A stretch of 64,000 bases of DNA, from contig CAYPYS010000001.1 in NCBI GenBank assembly GCA_964415355.1, positions 283,819 through 347,818 of the forward strand, given 5' to 3'. Positions 15,001 through 30,000 of this stretch are shown one piece after another. The translations under genes and the position numbers were made by a program. Each line of letters begins with the position of its first letter. Position 1 is the first letter of the stretch. Below the pieces are notes generated by a model that worked only from the letters and a program-made list of their open reading frames with translations, did no database searches and had not been told where the DNA came from. The DNA is from an uncultured Planctomycetia bacterium. GTDB taxonomy: Bacteria; Omnitrophota; Gorgyraeia; Gorgyraeales; Gorgyraeaceae.

Positions 15001-18000
15001 AACCATAGGCGCGCTAAGTTCAGCTTCTCTCGCGCTCAATAAAGCTCCTCTCTCGATTTTTGCACTTTGTAGGCCTAAAAGAGATATGGGAAAAGCTTGA
15101 ACAGTAATATTGTCATCTCCGCTTACCTTCAAAGTCTCAAGCGCGGCAACGATTTTATCCTCTCCTATCTTAGCACCCTCGCTTTTCCTGCGCGCTCTAT
15201 TTAGCTGCTCCAGGATCACCTTTGCCCGCTCCTCGTCTCCTGTGATTATGTCAAAAAGCCCGTGTTCGTCATAATGGCCAAAGTGATCTACCATCATAAG
15301 AAACCCATACTCCAACGTTCCTGCAGACTTAATATATTTATCTTTATCAGAAGGAAGTAAAAACCCATTAGGGTGAGAATGCGCAAAAAACCATATTAAA
15401 TAATGGCTATTACTCTTTATCATAATGCTAGGAGCTTTATCAGGTTCGCCTTTTGTAATAATCCATACCCCGCAATAGTTACGCAATCCTATTTCAAATG
15501 GCGCATCAATATCACTGATATCAGATAACAATTTATCTATAGCGTGAATCTGTTCTGTCATTTCTGACGCAGACATATTCAGTTGCCAATCCAAGACAAA
15601 AGAAGTTCCTGCTAAAATATTTTCATTAAGAATATGTCCTCTTATATCATTAATACTTCTAGCATAACCACTCAATACCTTACGCGCCTTTTCTAAGTGT
15701 CCTTTTCTTGCCAATATCTCAAAGATCGCAAAATCCCTCTGAAGGCGCCTCTGGTATTCTTCTAGTGATGCGCCTGGACCTATTCCCAGTGCCTCTTTTT
15801 CCAATATCCCAGCTATATCAGAATACGGATTAAGCACAAGTGCCTCAACAATATCTTCGACATCTATGCCGCTTATAACAATACCACGCTCAGATCCGCC
15901 TCTGAAAATTCCATGATTACCTCTTGCTAGGTGCCGTACGATCCTTTCCACCTCTTCTCTTTCCTGAGCCAGGATATGTTCTAAAAAATACTTGTATTCG
16001 TTAAGGTAAAGTTCTTTGTAAGAATATCTGTCATCGCTACTCAGCAGATTATCTATTGCCGATAAAATATTGTTTGCCAATTCAAGAATGTTATCCCGAG
16101 CCTCAGACTTTAAAAACCTCTTAAGCGCATCAATTGTCTCTTGAATAATTAACCTATCTGTAGAACTTTCGAGAACTTTAACCAGACTATGAATCCCGTC
16201 TGGATTGTTCGAATAACCAATAGCCCTGATTGCAGAACACTGTATGCGACAGTCTGAAGTTTCTAGGAAAGGCAGCACTCTATTTAAATCAGTCGGTTCT
16301 CCAAAAAACGATATATAACGCAAAGCCATAGAGCGAATATATTTATCATCATGCCCCAGCAAATCGGCCACTAACGGAGTTGCCTCTTTTATCTTAAGAG
16401 ACCTAAGCACAGAAATAGCGACGTATAACTGATCAACTGTAGCTTCTTTTGGTTTCTTTAAAATCTCGATCAAGGCATCTATGATCTCCCTCGACCCAAT
16501 GCTCCCAAGAACATGCGCAGCATCGGATCTTTTGTCTATTTTGCCTTTTAATAGATCTTCTAAGATTTGAGCATGCGTATTAAGTATCTCTAGGCTATTT
16601 TCAATAGGAAGAGTTACGCTTTCGTTTTCAGGGCTTTCAGGCATGTTTATTCCAAGCATATGACGCAATACTTCCTCTATCCTAGGATCATTAAAACAGC
16701 ATGACAGAAGAGCGATGTTTTCCTGTAGCACCCTGGTCTTTTCTCTTTTTTCTTCGGTTTGCCCAGATAACTGCCAGTAAAACTTGATCAAGGGTTCAAC
16801 AAAAGCAGCATGGTTAATATCCATATTCATAAAGGATTCAGCAAAAGCAGCACGGTTAATATTCTCCATACCAGTTAAGATTTTAATAAGTTCTTCTATG
16901 CGCCCTTCATCTTGAGGGACCTTCAGCTGACTGATAAACCAATTAATACTTCTCTCGTCACACTGCCTCGCCAATGCCACAGCTGCCGGCAAGGCAATAT
17001 CAATATCTTTTTTGAGCATTAGATCATGCAAACGTGTGCTGTCTACAACCATTGCTGTCTCTAATCCAGCATCTATTGGCATAAGAATATCATCCGCGAT
17101 TTCCTTTCCGAATACTGCCTTCATTTTCTGAATAAGGGCTGTTGGAAGATCTACTGCGCCGCGATAAAGCCGCGCAATCTCTTCTGCGACATTACCTACT
17201 ACCAGCGCAACGCCTTCTCTTGTGTCATCCTCGCGATTACTGTCATTCCTGTGTTCTTCATTGTCATTCTCGCAAAAGCGGGAATCCACTTTCCTCGCCA
17301 CGATATCGAGGAAAGGCGTAATAGCTCCAGTAACAGGATCCACCCACGCCCCGAGCATACCCATTGCCCAACGGGTGATGAGTCCAATAAAGCCATTGCG
17401 AGAAACCTCAGAAGATGAAACAGTATCTATAACAGTAAAAACTCCTACATTATGTGAAGCATTATCATCTATAATATCATCTTCTCGTTTAATAATAATA
17501 CCTTGTGAAGCCATTTCTTTTGCTATTTCTTCGACAATATCCACTCTTTTGAAATCTTCATCCGGCGTATTTGAAACCATTATAACAAGCTGGCCACCGT
17601 GCTCTAGGATTTCAAACGCCTTTCGGACCATCTTTTTCTGTACATCCAAAGGCACGACTCCATGAGGCCGAATCGGACTTATGATCCTCGACATAACCAC
17701 CATATTATATTTATGTCTAAAGCTGTACTTGGTCACATCAGCGCATTCATATGTAATACCAAGACCCGATCTCTTAGCAATATCACTTTTTAGACTTTTT
17801 ACACTTTCTGGGTCTATTTCAATACCTAAATATTGAGCTCCCATTGAATGAGCTACTATACCAGGAAGACTCACGACTCCAGGACCAAACTCTACTATTT
17901 TATCTCCTGGCACAATACCTAACTTCTTAAATAAACCGAAAATAAAACTCTCTCTAATGACAGGTGATAATTTTAAGTTTTCAGAAGCCGAGGAAGTGCC

Positions 18001-21000
18001 GAGCCTTACGGGCTCGACCAATCTCCTTTTAATCTCCCCAGCTAGCTCCTCCAGCGCCTCTTGCCGCTCGGTATTGAACTGTTCGAGAATCTCACGAGGA
18101 ATACTGTTCGAGCGAGGCGACTCCAAATCTGCTTCTCGACCTTGCTCGAAGAGGATTTGGAGTCGACGAGTCGAGAACCTATTCTGAATCTCTTCTATCT
18201 CACCCTGCAGCCACTTTGCAAATTGCCTAATCGGCTGCGGAACCGCTTCTATGCTAATTCTATCCCATGCTTCTCCATTCTTCTCGACAACCCTATAGAG
18301 AAATCCATTTTTACCAAAAACATCCTGATTCCTAAAATCAGTGTCTATATTTGCAACTAGCTCAAGTTTAATTCCTCTCGCATCTGCCTCCTGACTCAAA
18401 ATCCATTCTGCGGATTTTCCATAATATCCTGTCCTTGTATCGCTCGTTATAAAAATAGTCCCGCCAAGAGTTATGAAATCAAGTATTAAATTGATTATCG
18501 ATGTTTTTTCCTCTCTTGTAAAATGATAGTGGATGTCGGTGAATACATTTAACATTGAGATATGGCAAAATGAACTCTCTGACCACTGCTCTGATTCCGC
18601 AACCTCAAATATGCCTTTGCCTTTACCGTAAATCTTCACATCCAAATGTCTGTCTAAATAACTCTCTATGTGTTCTTTTAAGTCTTTTGTATTATCTATT
18701 ACGTCTTTGTCGGGATCCACAGCATGCACTTCAAGTCCTCTTATTGCATCGAATATTGGCAACAAGGAAGCGCCATATCCTATATGCAGCGACTTATCTC
18801 CTATTTGAAGCGTTCTGTCTAAAATTCTAAGAGATTCTTCACTTGCAGTGCTTGGTTTACGATCTGGTAATTTCTCCAGCACATCTAAAAATTCTCTCAA
18901 ACCTTCGCTATCCCCAACCACTAGCTCCCCTATCACCATTTCATATAACCCTGCCAGAGCAGCTGCTGTAATCTGCTTTCTGTTCACTATTGCATCATTT
19001 ATTAGTTCGATGACGCTACTTTGGTAATCTTCACCAGAATCTGCCTTTTCAGCCTCCATCATAATCAACTCAGCGTTTCCACCAAGAGACATCTCAAAAA
19101 ATGTGCCTTTGATAAGATCGCTAACAAGAGGTGTTGCAACCGGACGCCAAGACGGATCCAAAGTGATTTCAAGCCCAGAATGCTTCAATACCTCTACAAA
19201 ATCATTGAGCTCGTCATAAATATGCTCTGTAAGTACAACAAACTTGCCCGCAACGCCAAGTAACAGGCTCGTTGAACGTGCAATATCAGCTGTGAACATA
19301 TGAGGCTCTTTTGGCATGCTATCATTTGGCGGCATAGGCCCGATCATATATATCTCGTCAAATCTAATCTTATCTCCAACCAAACCAGCAAGCTCCTCAA
19401 CCTTCATTCTTATTGATATGACATCTTCCAAAACACCTACAGAAGGAGCAAATACAAACTTTCCTTGTTCTGGTTCAACCCCAATAATAAGCCAGCTGGA
19501 ACTATCTTTTCTTTTTATGTCCCTTATATTCAATAATTCTTTCCCTTGGCCTGCTCCGATACAAAGCGCGCATTTAATATATTGTCCTTCCTCAATTTTT
19601 CTACGCAAATCTTCAGATATAAACCCATTCACATCATTTGAAGATAAGGATCCCAAAAGTTTTACAACTTCCTGTGCAGTTTTGCCTCGACTGCTGTCAC
19701 CGTAATCTGCCTCTATGGCTGCCACGAGAGCCTCGAACTCGTGCTCACCTTCATACTTAGTCACACTGTTATCTGTGATTCGATAAACAATTCTGCGCCC
19801 TGATTTTACCTGATCACCATAAAATATAGATTCTGCAATAGCTCTTAAATCTCCAACATCTGACAAAGCGTCCTCTAGCATAACTGTATTAATTGTTACC
19901 TTCTCCCAACTAGAGGTTTTTAACAAAATAAAGAATCCGCTCAGTAAGAATTTTTCTGCAAGTATATCAACACCCTTACTAAATCCTTCAGCTGTAGAAT
20001 CACTGAATAAATAAACAGGCCTGCCTTTAAATTCGTTATCTTCTGGCATAGATTTTAGCAAACCCTGCGCATCCTTAATGAGGGGGTCTTCGCTAGTAGC
20101 GATCTTCGCCTCACTAGCACCTGCTTCAATCGGAACACCAGAAGGTACATTAATCTCAGTCTCTATCTGTACATCTGCAGCCTGCTGTATGAGCTCAAGA
20201 GCACCCATTGTATCTTGTTGCATCTTCTCAGCTCGCAATCGCAGAAGTCGCGCAACAGCATCCTCGGTGTCCTGCATAAAAATCAGAGATATACTAAGAT
20301 CTGTTTTTCTGATAAGATCTATAACATCCTCTTTTTCACACCATTCTGGATCATGTACTCTAAGTCCTTGATCCTGTAATACTTCTACAAATCTATCCAG
20401 AGCTTCATCCCACCATTTTTCTGTCAACAGTGTAAATTGACCTGTTTCAGATAGCAATCGTGCAATTGCTTCTGCAATTTCAGGTTTAAACATATGCTTT
20501 TGCGTGGTAGCTTCGTCTGGCGGCCAAGGACCAATCATATAAACTTCGTCAAATTTAATTCTATTCGTAACTAAGTCTGCAAATACTTCAAGGTTTAATT
20601 GACATGATACTATATCTTCAGGCATATCCCCGCTGATAAAAGTAAAACTCCTCTTAAAAATAGCTTGGTCTGGCTCAAGGCCAATAATAAACCATTTCTG
20701 GGCATCCTGATTGTTTTTCTTTAATTCTTTTAAATTTAACAATTCCTGACCTGAGCCAACGCCTATACAAAGAGCTAACTTGACATCTTCACCTTGCTCT
20801 ATAGCCTTTCGCAGATCTTCGGAAATATTGCCCTTCACCTTTTCCTCAGGCAATGTGGTAAGAAACTCCAGAAACGCATGCGCATAACCTCTATTTGCAG
20901 TCGTCTTCGTTGTATTCGATTTCGACAATACATCATCTGCAGGCACAAGTAAGCTCACCGCGCCATCATCGGCTACGGCCAAAGCTAACTCTGCCTGAGC

Positions 21001-24000
21001 CTCATCGCGCGTAACACCAGGAAAGTCTATTTCGAACTGGACCATGTCCTGGCCGTCTATAATTTCATTGCTCGCCCTGATCTCGCCATTCATTTTATGC
21101 AGTGATCTCTTTACAAATGGCAATGCAATGCCATGATTAAATTCAGGCCTTTTGTGGTCCAAGACAAACAACTGTTCCAGGTCTCCTTCTATCTTTCCAG
21201 GATTTAAGATAGTAAGACGACTATAAACTTTACCATCTCCTGGTTCCACTCTAGAAAGCCTTAGAGTTACTTTTCTTGATGTCTCTGGTATTGTAGATTT
21301 ATTGCTAATGATTGCATTAAAACCGTTCGAAACAAGACGTTCGATAATTAGATGGAGTAGCTGCAGATGTCCTGAGATCAAAGAAATATCTTCTCCTATG
21401 ATAATCTCAACAGGAGCGTCTTCCCACTTTGTCTCTAGGGCTATCTCTCCTCTCTCGATCTTGCCTAAGTAATCTATTAAATCTATAATTTCAATGTCAT
21501 GTAAAAAGCTCTCTTTCATAGAAGCTCTTATAACTTGGATATTTACTATCCATCGAGAAATTATATTGCGACATTTCTCGCTTGCTTCTTTCTGTGAGAC
21601 ATCTGATACAATAATAATCTGCAATGCTCTCCTTAGTTCTTCTTCTATATCATCTAGAATTTGTATAAAATCTTCTGCAAGCCCGTTAAGCTCAGCAATA
21701 GTTATTCCATCTCTATCCGACAGATGATCTTTGAATTCTCCTTCTAGTTTTTCCCAGTAAATACGTTGTAAATTTTCAATGCTTCCTGTTAAATCTAAAG
21801 TTGTATAGTCCTGTTGCCATTCTTCAAACTTACTAATTACAAGCTGCGCCAGATTTGCAAAAGCCAAAGGCCCGCCATGCCCCATTATAGCAACAGCTAT
21901 CTCCAGATCATCCCAGTGATAAAGAGTCTCTTCTCCCAATGCTGCCACATCTCTTTGCAACCGAATCAAATACATACCATCCTTGAATTCATATTTAAAG
22001 ACAGGTTCTCTAAGAGCTATTTTTAAATCACGATCTTGTGAAGACCCAAAGTTGCTGATTAGAATACTCCCCTGTCCCTGAAGCGTCTCTGCCATGGCAT
22101 TTAACATAGAACGATATACCGTCTCGGTTTCCATGAGACCTCCTTTATTGATGAGCTTATTGGCATATGTACTGTCAAATAGCCCTGAGGAGATTATCAG
22201 ATCCACGCTTCCTGGCTTGACCAGATCTTCATAACGAGCCAATTCCTGCACCACATCTCCGATAACAGTAATATTAGAGCCTCTGTTGGTTTCCCATCTG
22301 GGATTTACTACTATGACCTGTGAATCAGGAAATCTTTCAGCTACAGTTATAGGGATATTAGCTGTATCCGGCCCTACAAACATTATGGTCTTACCGTTAA
22401 GGTCTGTAATACCTAATACCTTATTTAAATACCTGCTTTCAATAATCGGCCAGGAACTTGATAAACTATCGATAGCAATAGAATGAAGGTTGTCATCTGG
22501 CAGGAATAACGACTTCAAATCTATCTGCTGGCCTTCTTTTACTTCAGCTCTTGACTTCACAAGCTGCAGGCCAGCTGCAAGAGTATAAAGGACATGTTGC
22601 TGTCGCTTCTCTGACTCAGGCACGCCGTTTGTGAGTAGAAAACGTATCTTGCTAAGTATGTTTTCGCCTACTCTCTTTACTAATCCTGGAAGTGCGCCTT
22701 TTTTTGCATCAAAGATAGCTATATCTTTTCCATCTGTTTTCGCAAAAGCGAGCTGTGTTTCTTGAGATAAATCATCTAAATCAACGAGCATCTTAGGTCC
22801 ATGCGCAGTATCGTCTTCGGAGATTGCTTTGTCGCCTGCGGCTCCTCGCAATAACACATCCTCTCCTGCAATGACACCTGGCCACGTCACCTGGATTTGC
22901 GCACAGGGAATACCAGTATCGAAAACTTCTTCCAGAAGCAGAGGTAAAATATCTTCTATTTCGCCTTCTGCCTTATCCACCCGGATACCTTTTGTATCCT
23001 GCAATCCATTTTCAAAAACATGCAGCCAGTATTTTTTTGCCTCGGGTAGATCACCGATCCCTTTTCTGGCAATAAGTCCGACAAACGGAATTAACGCATC
23101 TATCCCAAACTGCCTATACGCATCTCTTGAGTCCTCTATATAAGCAAACAAAGGCTCTATCGACTCTAACGGCAAGTCAATATATCTATTAACGACTTCT
23201 TCAAGCATAGCCTTTTTAAATTGCTGCAGCTGTTCGCCTCTGGTGTTTCCATAGTCCTCTGGTTTGCCTGGAAATAAGGATATTTTTTCTTTTTCTTTGC
23301 GCCATAACATAATACACAAAGGAAACAATATTTCCGTCAATGCATCTTTAAACGAATCTGGCAGGGCTTCTTCGCCGACTATGTCGAATAAGCGACTAAA
23401 CTCTTCGATGCGAGTGCGCGTGTAAGTTATCTTCCCAGGTTTAGCTTTAAGGTCTAATTCAGCCATGTACTCATACCAGCCTCCTGTCCGCGTTTTATCA
23501 ATAGTAAAACCATAATGCTCTAGAACCTGCTGCGCTTCGTGTATTGCAGCTTGTGATTCTATTCTTAAACCAGCGCCGAAAAGCTCTGCCTGGCACCCTT
23601 CAAATTCAGCCCCTATTTCTTTAAGCGCACTAAGAATTTCTATTAAAGAAAGCCTTATATCGTCTGCCTGCCTTGAAAAACCTACCGCAATTGCCCATTC
23701 ATTCGACTGAAAAAAATGCCCCATGTAAACATACTGTCGTCCTTGTATCTCTATTTTTGGGATGCAAAGTCCTAGGCAATTCTTCACTTCATCTGTAGAT
23801 ACTAAACTCAATGTGCCTGAATCATGGGGGACCAATACGCTATACCCGGCATTAACTTCTAATCCACTCGCTGTATGAAGAATAGAAACTATCTCTACTG
23901 ATGCTTGTCCGCGAACTTGAGCATGGGATAATAAGATAAACTCTGTTTCCGGAAGGAGCCTTTGTAGTTCTGAAGTCAATCCAGGATTATTTAAAGTAAC

Positions 24001-27000
24001 TGGAAAAGAATCATCGGATTCATTCTTAAGCTCTATCCAATCTTCTGTATTTGTGGTTAAGAGGAGGTTTGCGATGGTGTGGGCAAGCTCTTGGTCCTGT
24101 GTTTCTCTTAATACTATTTGGTAGATTTCTTGTGCTATAGGAATTACAATGCGGTACCATGCGTTGATAATCTGCTCAAAGACTTCGTATGGATCGTTAT
24201 CTGGAGCCCTTGCGTGAATGGATTCGCCAAAGGCTTCAAGAGCAAGATTAATCTTTGCAATATCTTCATCAGTCACAGGCCTAAGCGGGTCAATAGTCAA
24301 GCTATCAGCAAGTTTTGCTAGCTCCTGTACGTCATTGTAAATCCTTTCTTCGTCATTGCGAGCGAAGCGAAGCAATCTCAAGATCGTCTTCTTGGTTTCG
24401 CGGGAACCGTTTTGCGCCTCGCAATGACGAGCCGCTGCTTCTAGCTCTTCAATCCTAGGGAAACGCACGCCAAGCGCTATATTTGGCTTATCTACCCCTG
24501 CTGCGTCCAGGATATTCTCTACCTGCTCCCTGGCTTTCTTTGCAGAATAACGTAGGTCAATGTATAGTTTCTTTTCGCCTGACGCCTTTTCGCCCAGCAC
24601 CCTGAGCGCCTCTCGAATCGCCGCAACACCTGCAGTGACCTTGCCGCGGATAAGATATACTATTTTCACAGCTCCGGCAATAAAAGGCAAGCTATCAGAA
24701 TCGATCATTGTGACATCTATATCATTAGAATCTTGATGATCTTCCACGGGTATATTAGAATCCGTAACAACTAAAGGTAAATAATTATATTCTCCTCTTT
24801 CGCTCTGAGGCGGAAGTACCTGTCCCATATCAATAGGAGTATATGGCAAAGTGATCATCACCTTCGTGCCAGTTTCGCATTGCAAAGAATCAGAATTACA
24901 AACTTTGGGTTTTGAGAATTTCCCGCCTTTATAAAAAATCTCATGAGCCTTTTTGCCTTTGACACGACTCGCTACCCGAATGCTCCCATCATGCATATCT
25001 ACGACATTCCTGACCTTTCCAAGCCCAAGCCCTGCCCCTGCAAATTCTAGATACTCGGGTGTCTCTGGATCAAAACGATGGAACGACGAGCAAATATAAA
25101 ACATAGACCTCAATCTCTTCTTCGGTATGCCCTTGTTGCTATCCTCTATAGTATAAACATAGCCTTCGTCAGTCTGATAAAAATCCTCATAGATCGTACC
25201 TGTCATAGACCTGTCTATAGGATCAAAATGAGCGTTTGTAACAGCATTTTTGAGTAATTCGTAAACCATCAATTCAATAGTATTAGCAAAAACAACTAAT
25301 TCCACTTCAACCTCTTTTGATGGGATTACCCTTTCTATCCCAGAAATATCTATGCCCTCTACCTCTTGAAAATACGATTTAAGCGTAGCCCAGGGATCAT
25401 CTGCCTCTCTAAAATAATATATATCTTTAAAATCGTGAATATATGGATACCTAATACTTGAAAAATATCCAAATAAGACAGAAAACATGATCTCTACCAA
25501 CCTGCAACTGTCAAAATTGATCTCGTCTAACCTATGTAAGCTGCGTTGTATTTTTTTACTGGTGGCTTTTTCCTCTAAGATATCTATAAAATTCATGTCT
25601 ATAACCGTAGGATAATTAGAAAATATTATGTATTTGGACAGATCTTCGAATAATTCTAAAAAGCAATCTATTGCCTTTTCGTATTTTGATTGTGTATATA
25701 AAATTTGACCTTCTTTAAACGCATCGAGCAATTCAATCTTAAGAGGCCTGATAAGAAGCAAGCGCTGGCCAATGACTTCTTCTTCAAAGATTCCACTTTC
25801 CTCCCCAAGGGAACCAGCGATCTTTTTAAGCAGTCTCATGTATTCATTGAGCAGCATATATAATTTGTTTATAACTACTAAAGTCATTTCAATTACTTCT
25901 TTTGTCTTTTTATCTTTAGGATATATCGCACGAAACATGTCAAAATAATCGTTAACGCGGCGTATCCTGCGGGACCTGGGCGCAAGAACCCTGCCGATAC
26001 TAAAGATCTCTTCGTTAAAAATCTCAGGAATGGTTTCTTCATCCAAACCTAATATATATTCTATCAATGTAATACTTCTAAGAGCCAAAGATGTTTTAGT
26101 ATTTATTAACGGGATCTCACCTTCAGCAGTATGCATAACGGGGATTTGCTTCTTTTTTGATCTACGACTTCTTTTGCTATGGCCTGATAAAGCTAGAAGA
26201 GAATCGTTGTCGAATCTTCGATTGGCAGCGATGATTCTTTCTTCTCTTTGCATGGCATCTTCTAAAATATTGCGAAAATCAGGACTCTTTGTTTTAATGC
26301 TTACATCGATAAGAAAACTTATGGCATCTTTGAAAATCTCTGCCGCGCAATCTTTCTTCTCAATAAAAGAGATCAAAAATACGACGCCTTTTTCATTAAG
26401 CTTCATTCTCCTAAAATTACGTTCGACATAATGGCCTAATGTATCTGGCAACTTTTTTCTTAAAAGAAGTTTGAGGTCTTCGTCTAGCAGCAGATGAATA
26501 TTATATGACAAAATATTACGCCTGATCATTTCATCTGAAAGATAAGGATTCATTTGAGATACTTCGCTAATAATAAGGCCTAATTCCTCAGCGCTTAATG
26601 TTAATTCATCAGCCATATCCCATATCTCTATAATACTCTCTGGTAAAACCACTGAAATATTAGACAAGACTTCTCTTCGAAATTCTGCATCCTTATTAAG
26701 CCTCGCGATAGTATCTTCTCTATGAATTTCTTCTGACAAGGCATGGGCTATATTTATATCGTCTTCATCTAAAACTATGTCTCTGAAATGTTCCACGAAA
26801 ATCTCCATTAATAAGTCTAGCTTTTCTCTCCTTTCCTCTGCTGATAATGGAGCTTTTTTCTTTTTCTTGATACCTGTATTTTGTCTTTCTTCCGGTTCTA
26901 TAATTGCCTCTTTTTCTGCTGCCTCTACCCCAACAACTGCCCGCATGCCGCCGCAAGATTCCTGCACTGCTGCAACAATAGCGTCTGATACATCTGACCT

Positions 27001-30000
27001 CGGCCCCTCTTGCATCAGTAACATCCCAACCTCATCATCACCAGGGTTAGCTGCGCCCTCTAACCGCGCTAGAACAGTTTCGAGAGCCCTACGCATTTCT
27101 GTAGCAGTCTGGTATCTATTATCTGGCTTTGACTGAGTGGCTTTTTTTGCCATTTCTCTAAGCGCTGCTAGGTCTTCAGTTTGCCAATCTGCCTCTCCTG
27201 CAGCTAAAAGCTCCTCTAAAATCCTGCCCAGCGCATAGATATCAGACCTTTGCTCAGCGTAGCCTTCGAACTGCTCAGGAGCTGCATATCCTATAGTGCC
27301 TTCTTTACCATATTCTCCCTCGTATGGATGAGGGCACGCTAATCCAAAACCACCAACTAGTACCCGGCCTGTATTGTCTTCTATTTTAATATTCTCGGGC
27401 GTTATATCTCTGTGTATAAGCGCTCCTTCTGTAAAATTATGCATGTATTCCAAGGCCTCGCAGACTGTCATTACGTATCTTACTGCGTCTTGCAAAGTAT
27501 AAGAATCTATCGCTTTTTCCTGCCTGTTAATCAAATCTGCCAGATCTACGCCCTTAGGATATTCTACAAAAAAGAATGGCGCATTGTTTGCTTCCTTTCC
27601 TGAGCTAAGCGTAACAGTGCATGTGCTTTTCCCATGTACCCTTATGATATTGGGATGATGTCCGTCAGGATGCTTTTCATGCAAGGCCCTTAATATATTA
27701 TATTTTCTTTCGAAAAGTTCATCAAAGATTGCCCTTATGTCTTCAGGCGGGATTTCTCCAAGCACCTCTAGAGCTACTATTTCTTGCGTCTCAATATCGC
27801 TGCATAAATAGAGTATCACGCGATTACCTATTTTAAATTCGCGTTGCGCCACGTATCTCTTTCCATCATCAGTAATAATTTGGACCTTTCGTCTTTTTGC
27901 TGTTAAGTCACGAAGCCTTTTCTCTATGTCTATCACTGCTATTTCTGCTTTTGCGCCTTTATTATAAAATACCAATTGGCCTGGCTTATTGACAATGGCA
28001 GTCCATTCCATGCCTTCTTCATGCGCTTTAGCCTGACTTCTGATCACCTTTACTTCTTCTAACAAGAATATATCGTCGTATATATAAGTACCTGTGCAAG
28101 CCAGGTTAAGTTTTCTCGGTGAATCCGCATTCAGCTTGCGCATAGCCTCCCATGCGCTGGGAGTCGCTATCAAATACCTGTCGCCTAGCTGCGCAAAGAT
28201 ATGCATGACATCAAACTCGCCTTTTTCAGTCACTAAGGTAAAGCTTGATAACAAAAAGTCCAGGGAAATATATTCATGAAGGGCTAATTTATCCCTAAGT
28301 TTAGCAGGCATCTTTTTTGGTTCTCTTTCCTCGAGCTGTGCCAACACGCCTTCAAGTGCCCAGAGCATCTCTTCTGCGGTCCTGTATCTATTTTGAGGCT
28401 TAGAAGTAGTGGCTATTGCTATAACATTCACGATCTCATCAAGCGCATTACCAAGGCCTTCAGCTGCACCTTTACCAAAACGCTTGTCTATGACTTTTCC
28501 TGTCAGCGGGTATTCATCAGTAGTAAAAGTAAAAGGTGTCACATCTTGTGCATGTTCATTATCCAAAAGATCCTTTAGGGTTATGCCTAACGCATATGTA
28601 TCGCATCTAGGCCCCTCCCAGCCTTTGTATTGCTCAGGAGGCGCATATCCTTCAGTGCCAATTATTACCTTGTCATCAAAAGGATAGGTGCGCACTGTGC
28701 CAAAATCAGTGAGTACTGCACTTCTTGTGCCTTTCTTTATTATAATATTTACAGGCTTTACATCGCGGTATATAAGGTCGCGCCTGTGTAAATATGCTAT
28801 TACTCCTGTGATCTCTCCTATCCATCTCACAGCATCCAGCACAGTATAACAATGCTCGCCTTCTGTCTGTCTATTCTTAAGATCTTCCAACTCATCGCCT
28901 TCGATATATTCCATTACCAAAAATAATAGATCGCCACCGATACGCTTACCATCAACAAAAACATCGCCTCTGCCTTTTTCATAGACCTTGACAATATTAG
29001 GATGGTTACAGGTTTCTAACATTGAATATTCTGCTTTAAAAAATTCCTCTATGGACGGTTCTGTCAATAAGCACACCTTTAAAGCTACTTTCTTCTTTCT
29101 TTTCGGATCCCAGCATAAATATACCCTTGAATCATTGCCACTGCCTAGCTCTTTTATGACCTTATACTCCGGACCGTCGCGGATTGCATTGGCATGAGCT
29201 ATGATCCTTCCTATAGGCCTGGCTATTGGCGTTAACATAAAACCCTTGGCGCCTCCAAGTCTCGCAACGCTAAAGCCGTAGTCCATCCACGCTTCTACAG
29301 TGTTAGGTATAGGTTTTTTCCATACCTCTGCAATATTAGGCATGGAAAAAGGCAGCACGTCTACAAATAACTTGCCTTCATCGCCTAATATTTGCCTGAG
29401 CTCTCCTAAGTGACGCTTTGTTTTTGCTTCATCCTCGTATAAGATCTTCATGGATTCAGTGCTGAAGATCAGATCTACTGAATCTGGATCTAAATAATAT
29501 AAAGATAGGCTTGCTGCGCGATCAAAGATAATAGTAATCCCTTCAGGAAGCTCTAACCATTTTCTAAATGCTGTTTCAGAAAGCCCTATAAGTTTTATCT
29601 CTTTTCCTATGCCATTTTCTATGCCGAGCTTTTGCAGTTCTCTATGTAATGCTTCTCTAATATTTAAAAGCGCTGTTCCATCTCCGCACCCCCAATCCAT
29701 GACAGTAATCGGACGGCCGAGCTCTTTATATAACTCAATGATCTCTTTAACCAGGTTGCAATTAAGCCTTTTATTGACAACAGCCAAAGAAGCATTGAAA
29801 TCAACGTATTCCGAATTCCTTACCAGTTCCAACTCTTTGTCCTCGCTAGCACGCACGCTATAACTCTGAGAACCTTCTTCATCTGCGCCAGTAATATCCG
29901 AATTTAATTCTTCTATCTGATCTTCTCCTAATCGGCTCTCTACCTCAGCTCCTCCTGGAAAGCCTATAGTGGCAACGGCCCCTAGTGTACTCTGCAGTTT

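Noticed and set aside
17199-17396. 65-aa minus ORF containing WIPAFARMT
   Set aside because: Alternative-frame translation of the REP-like repeat, a typical spurious ORF
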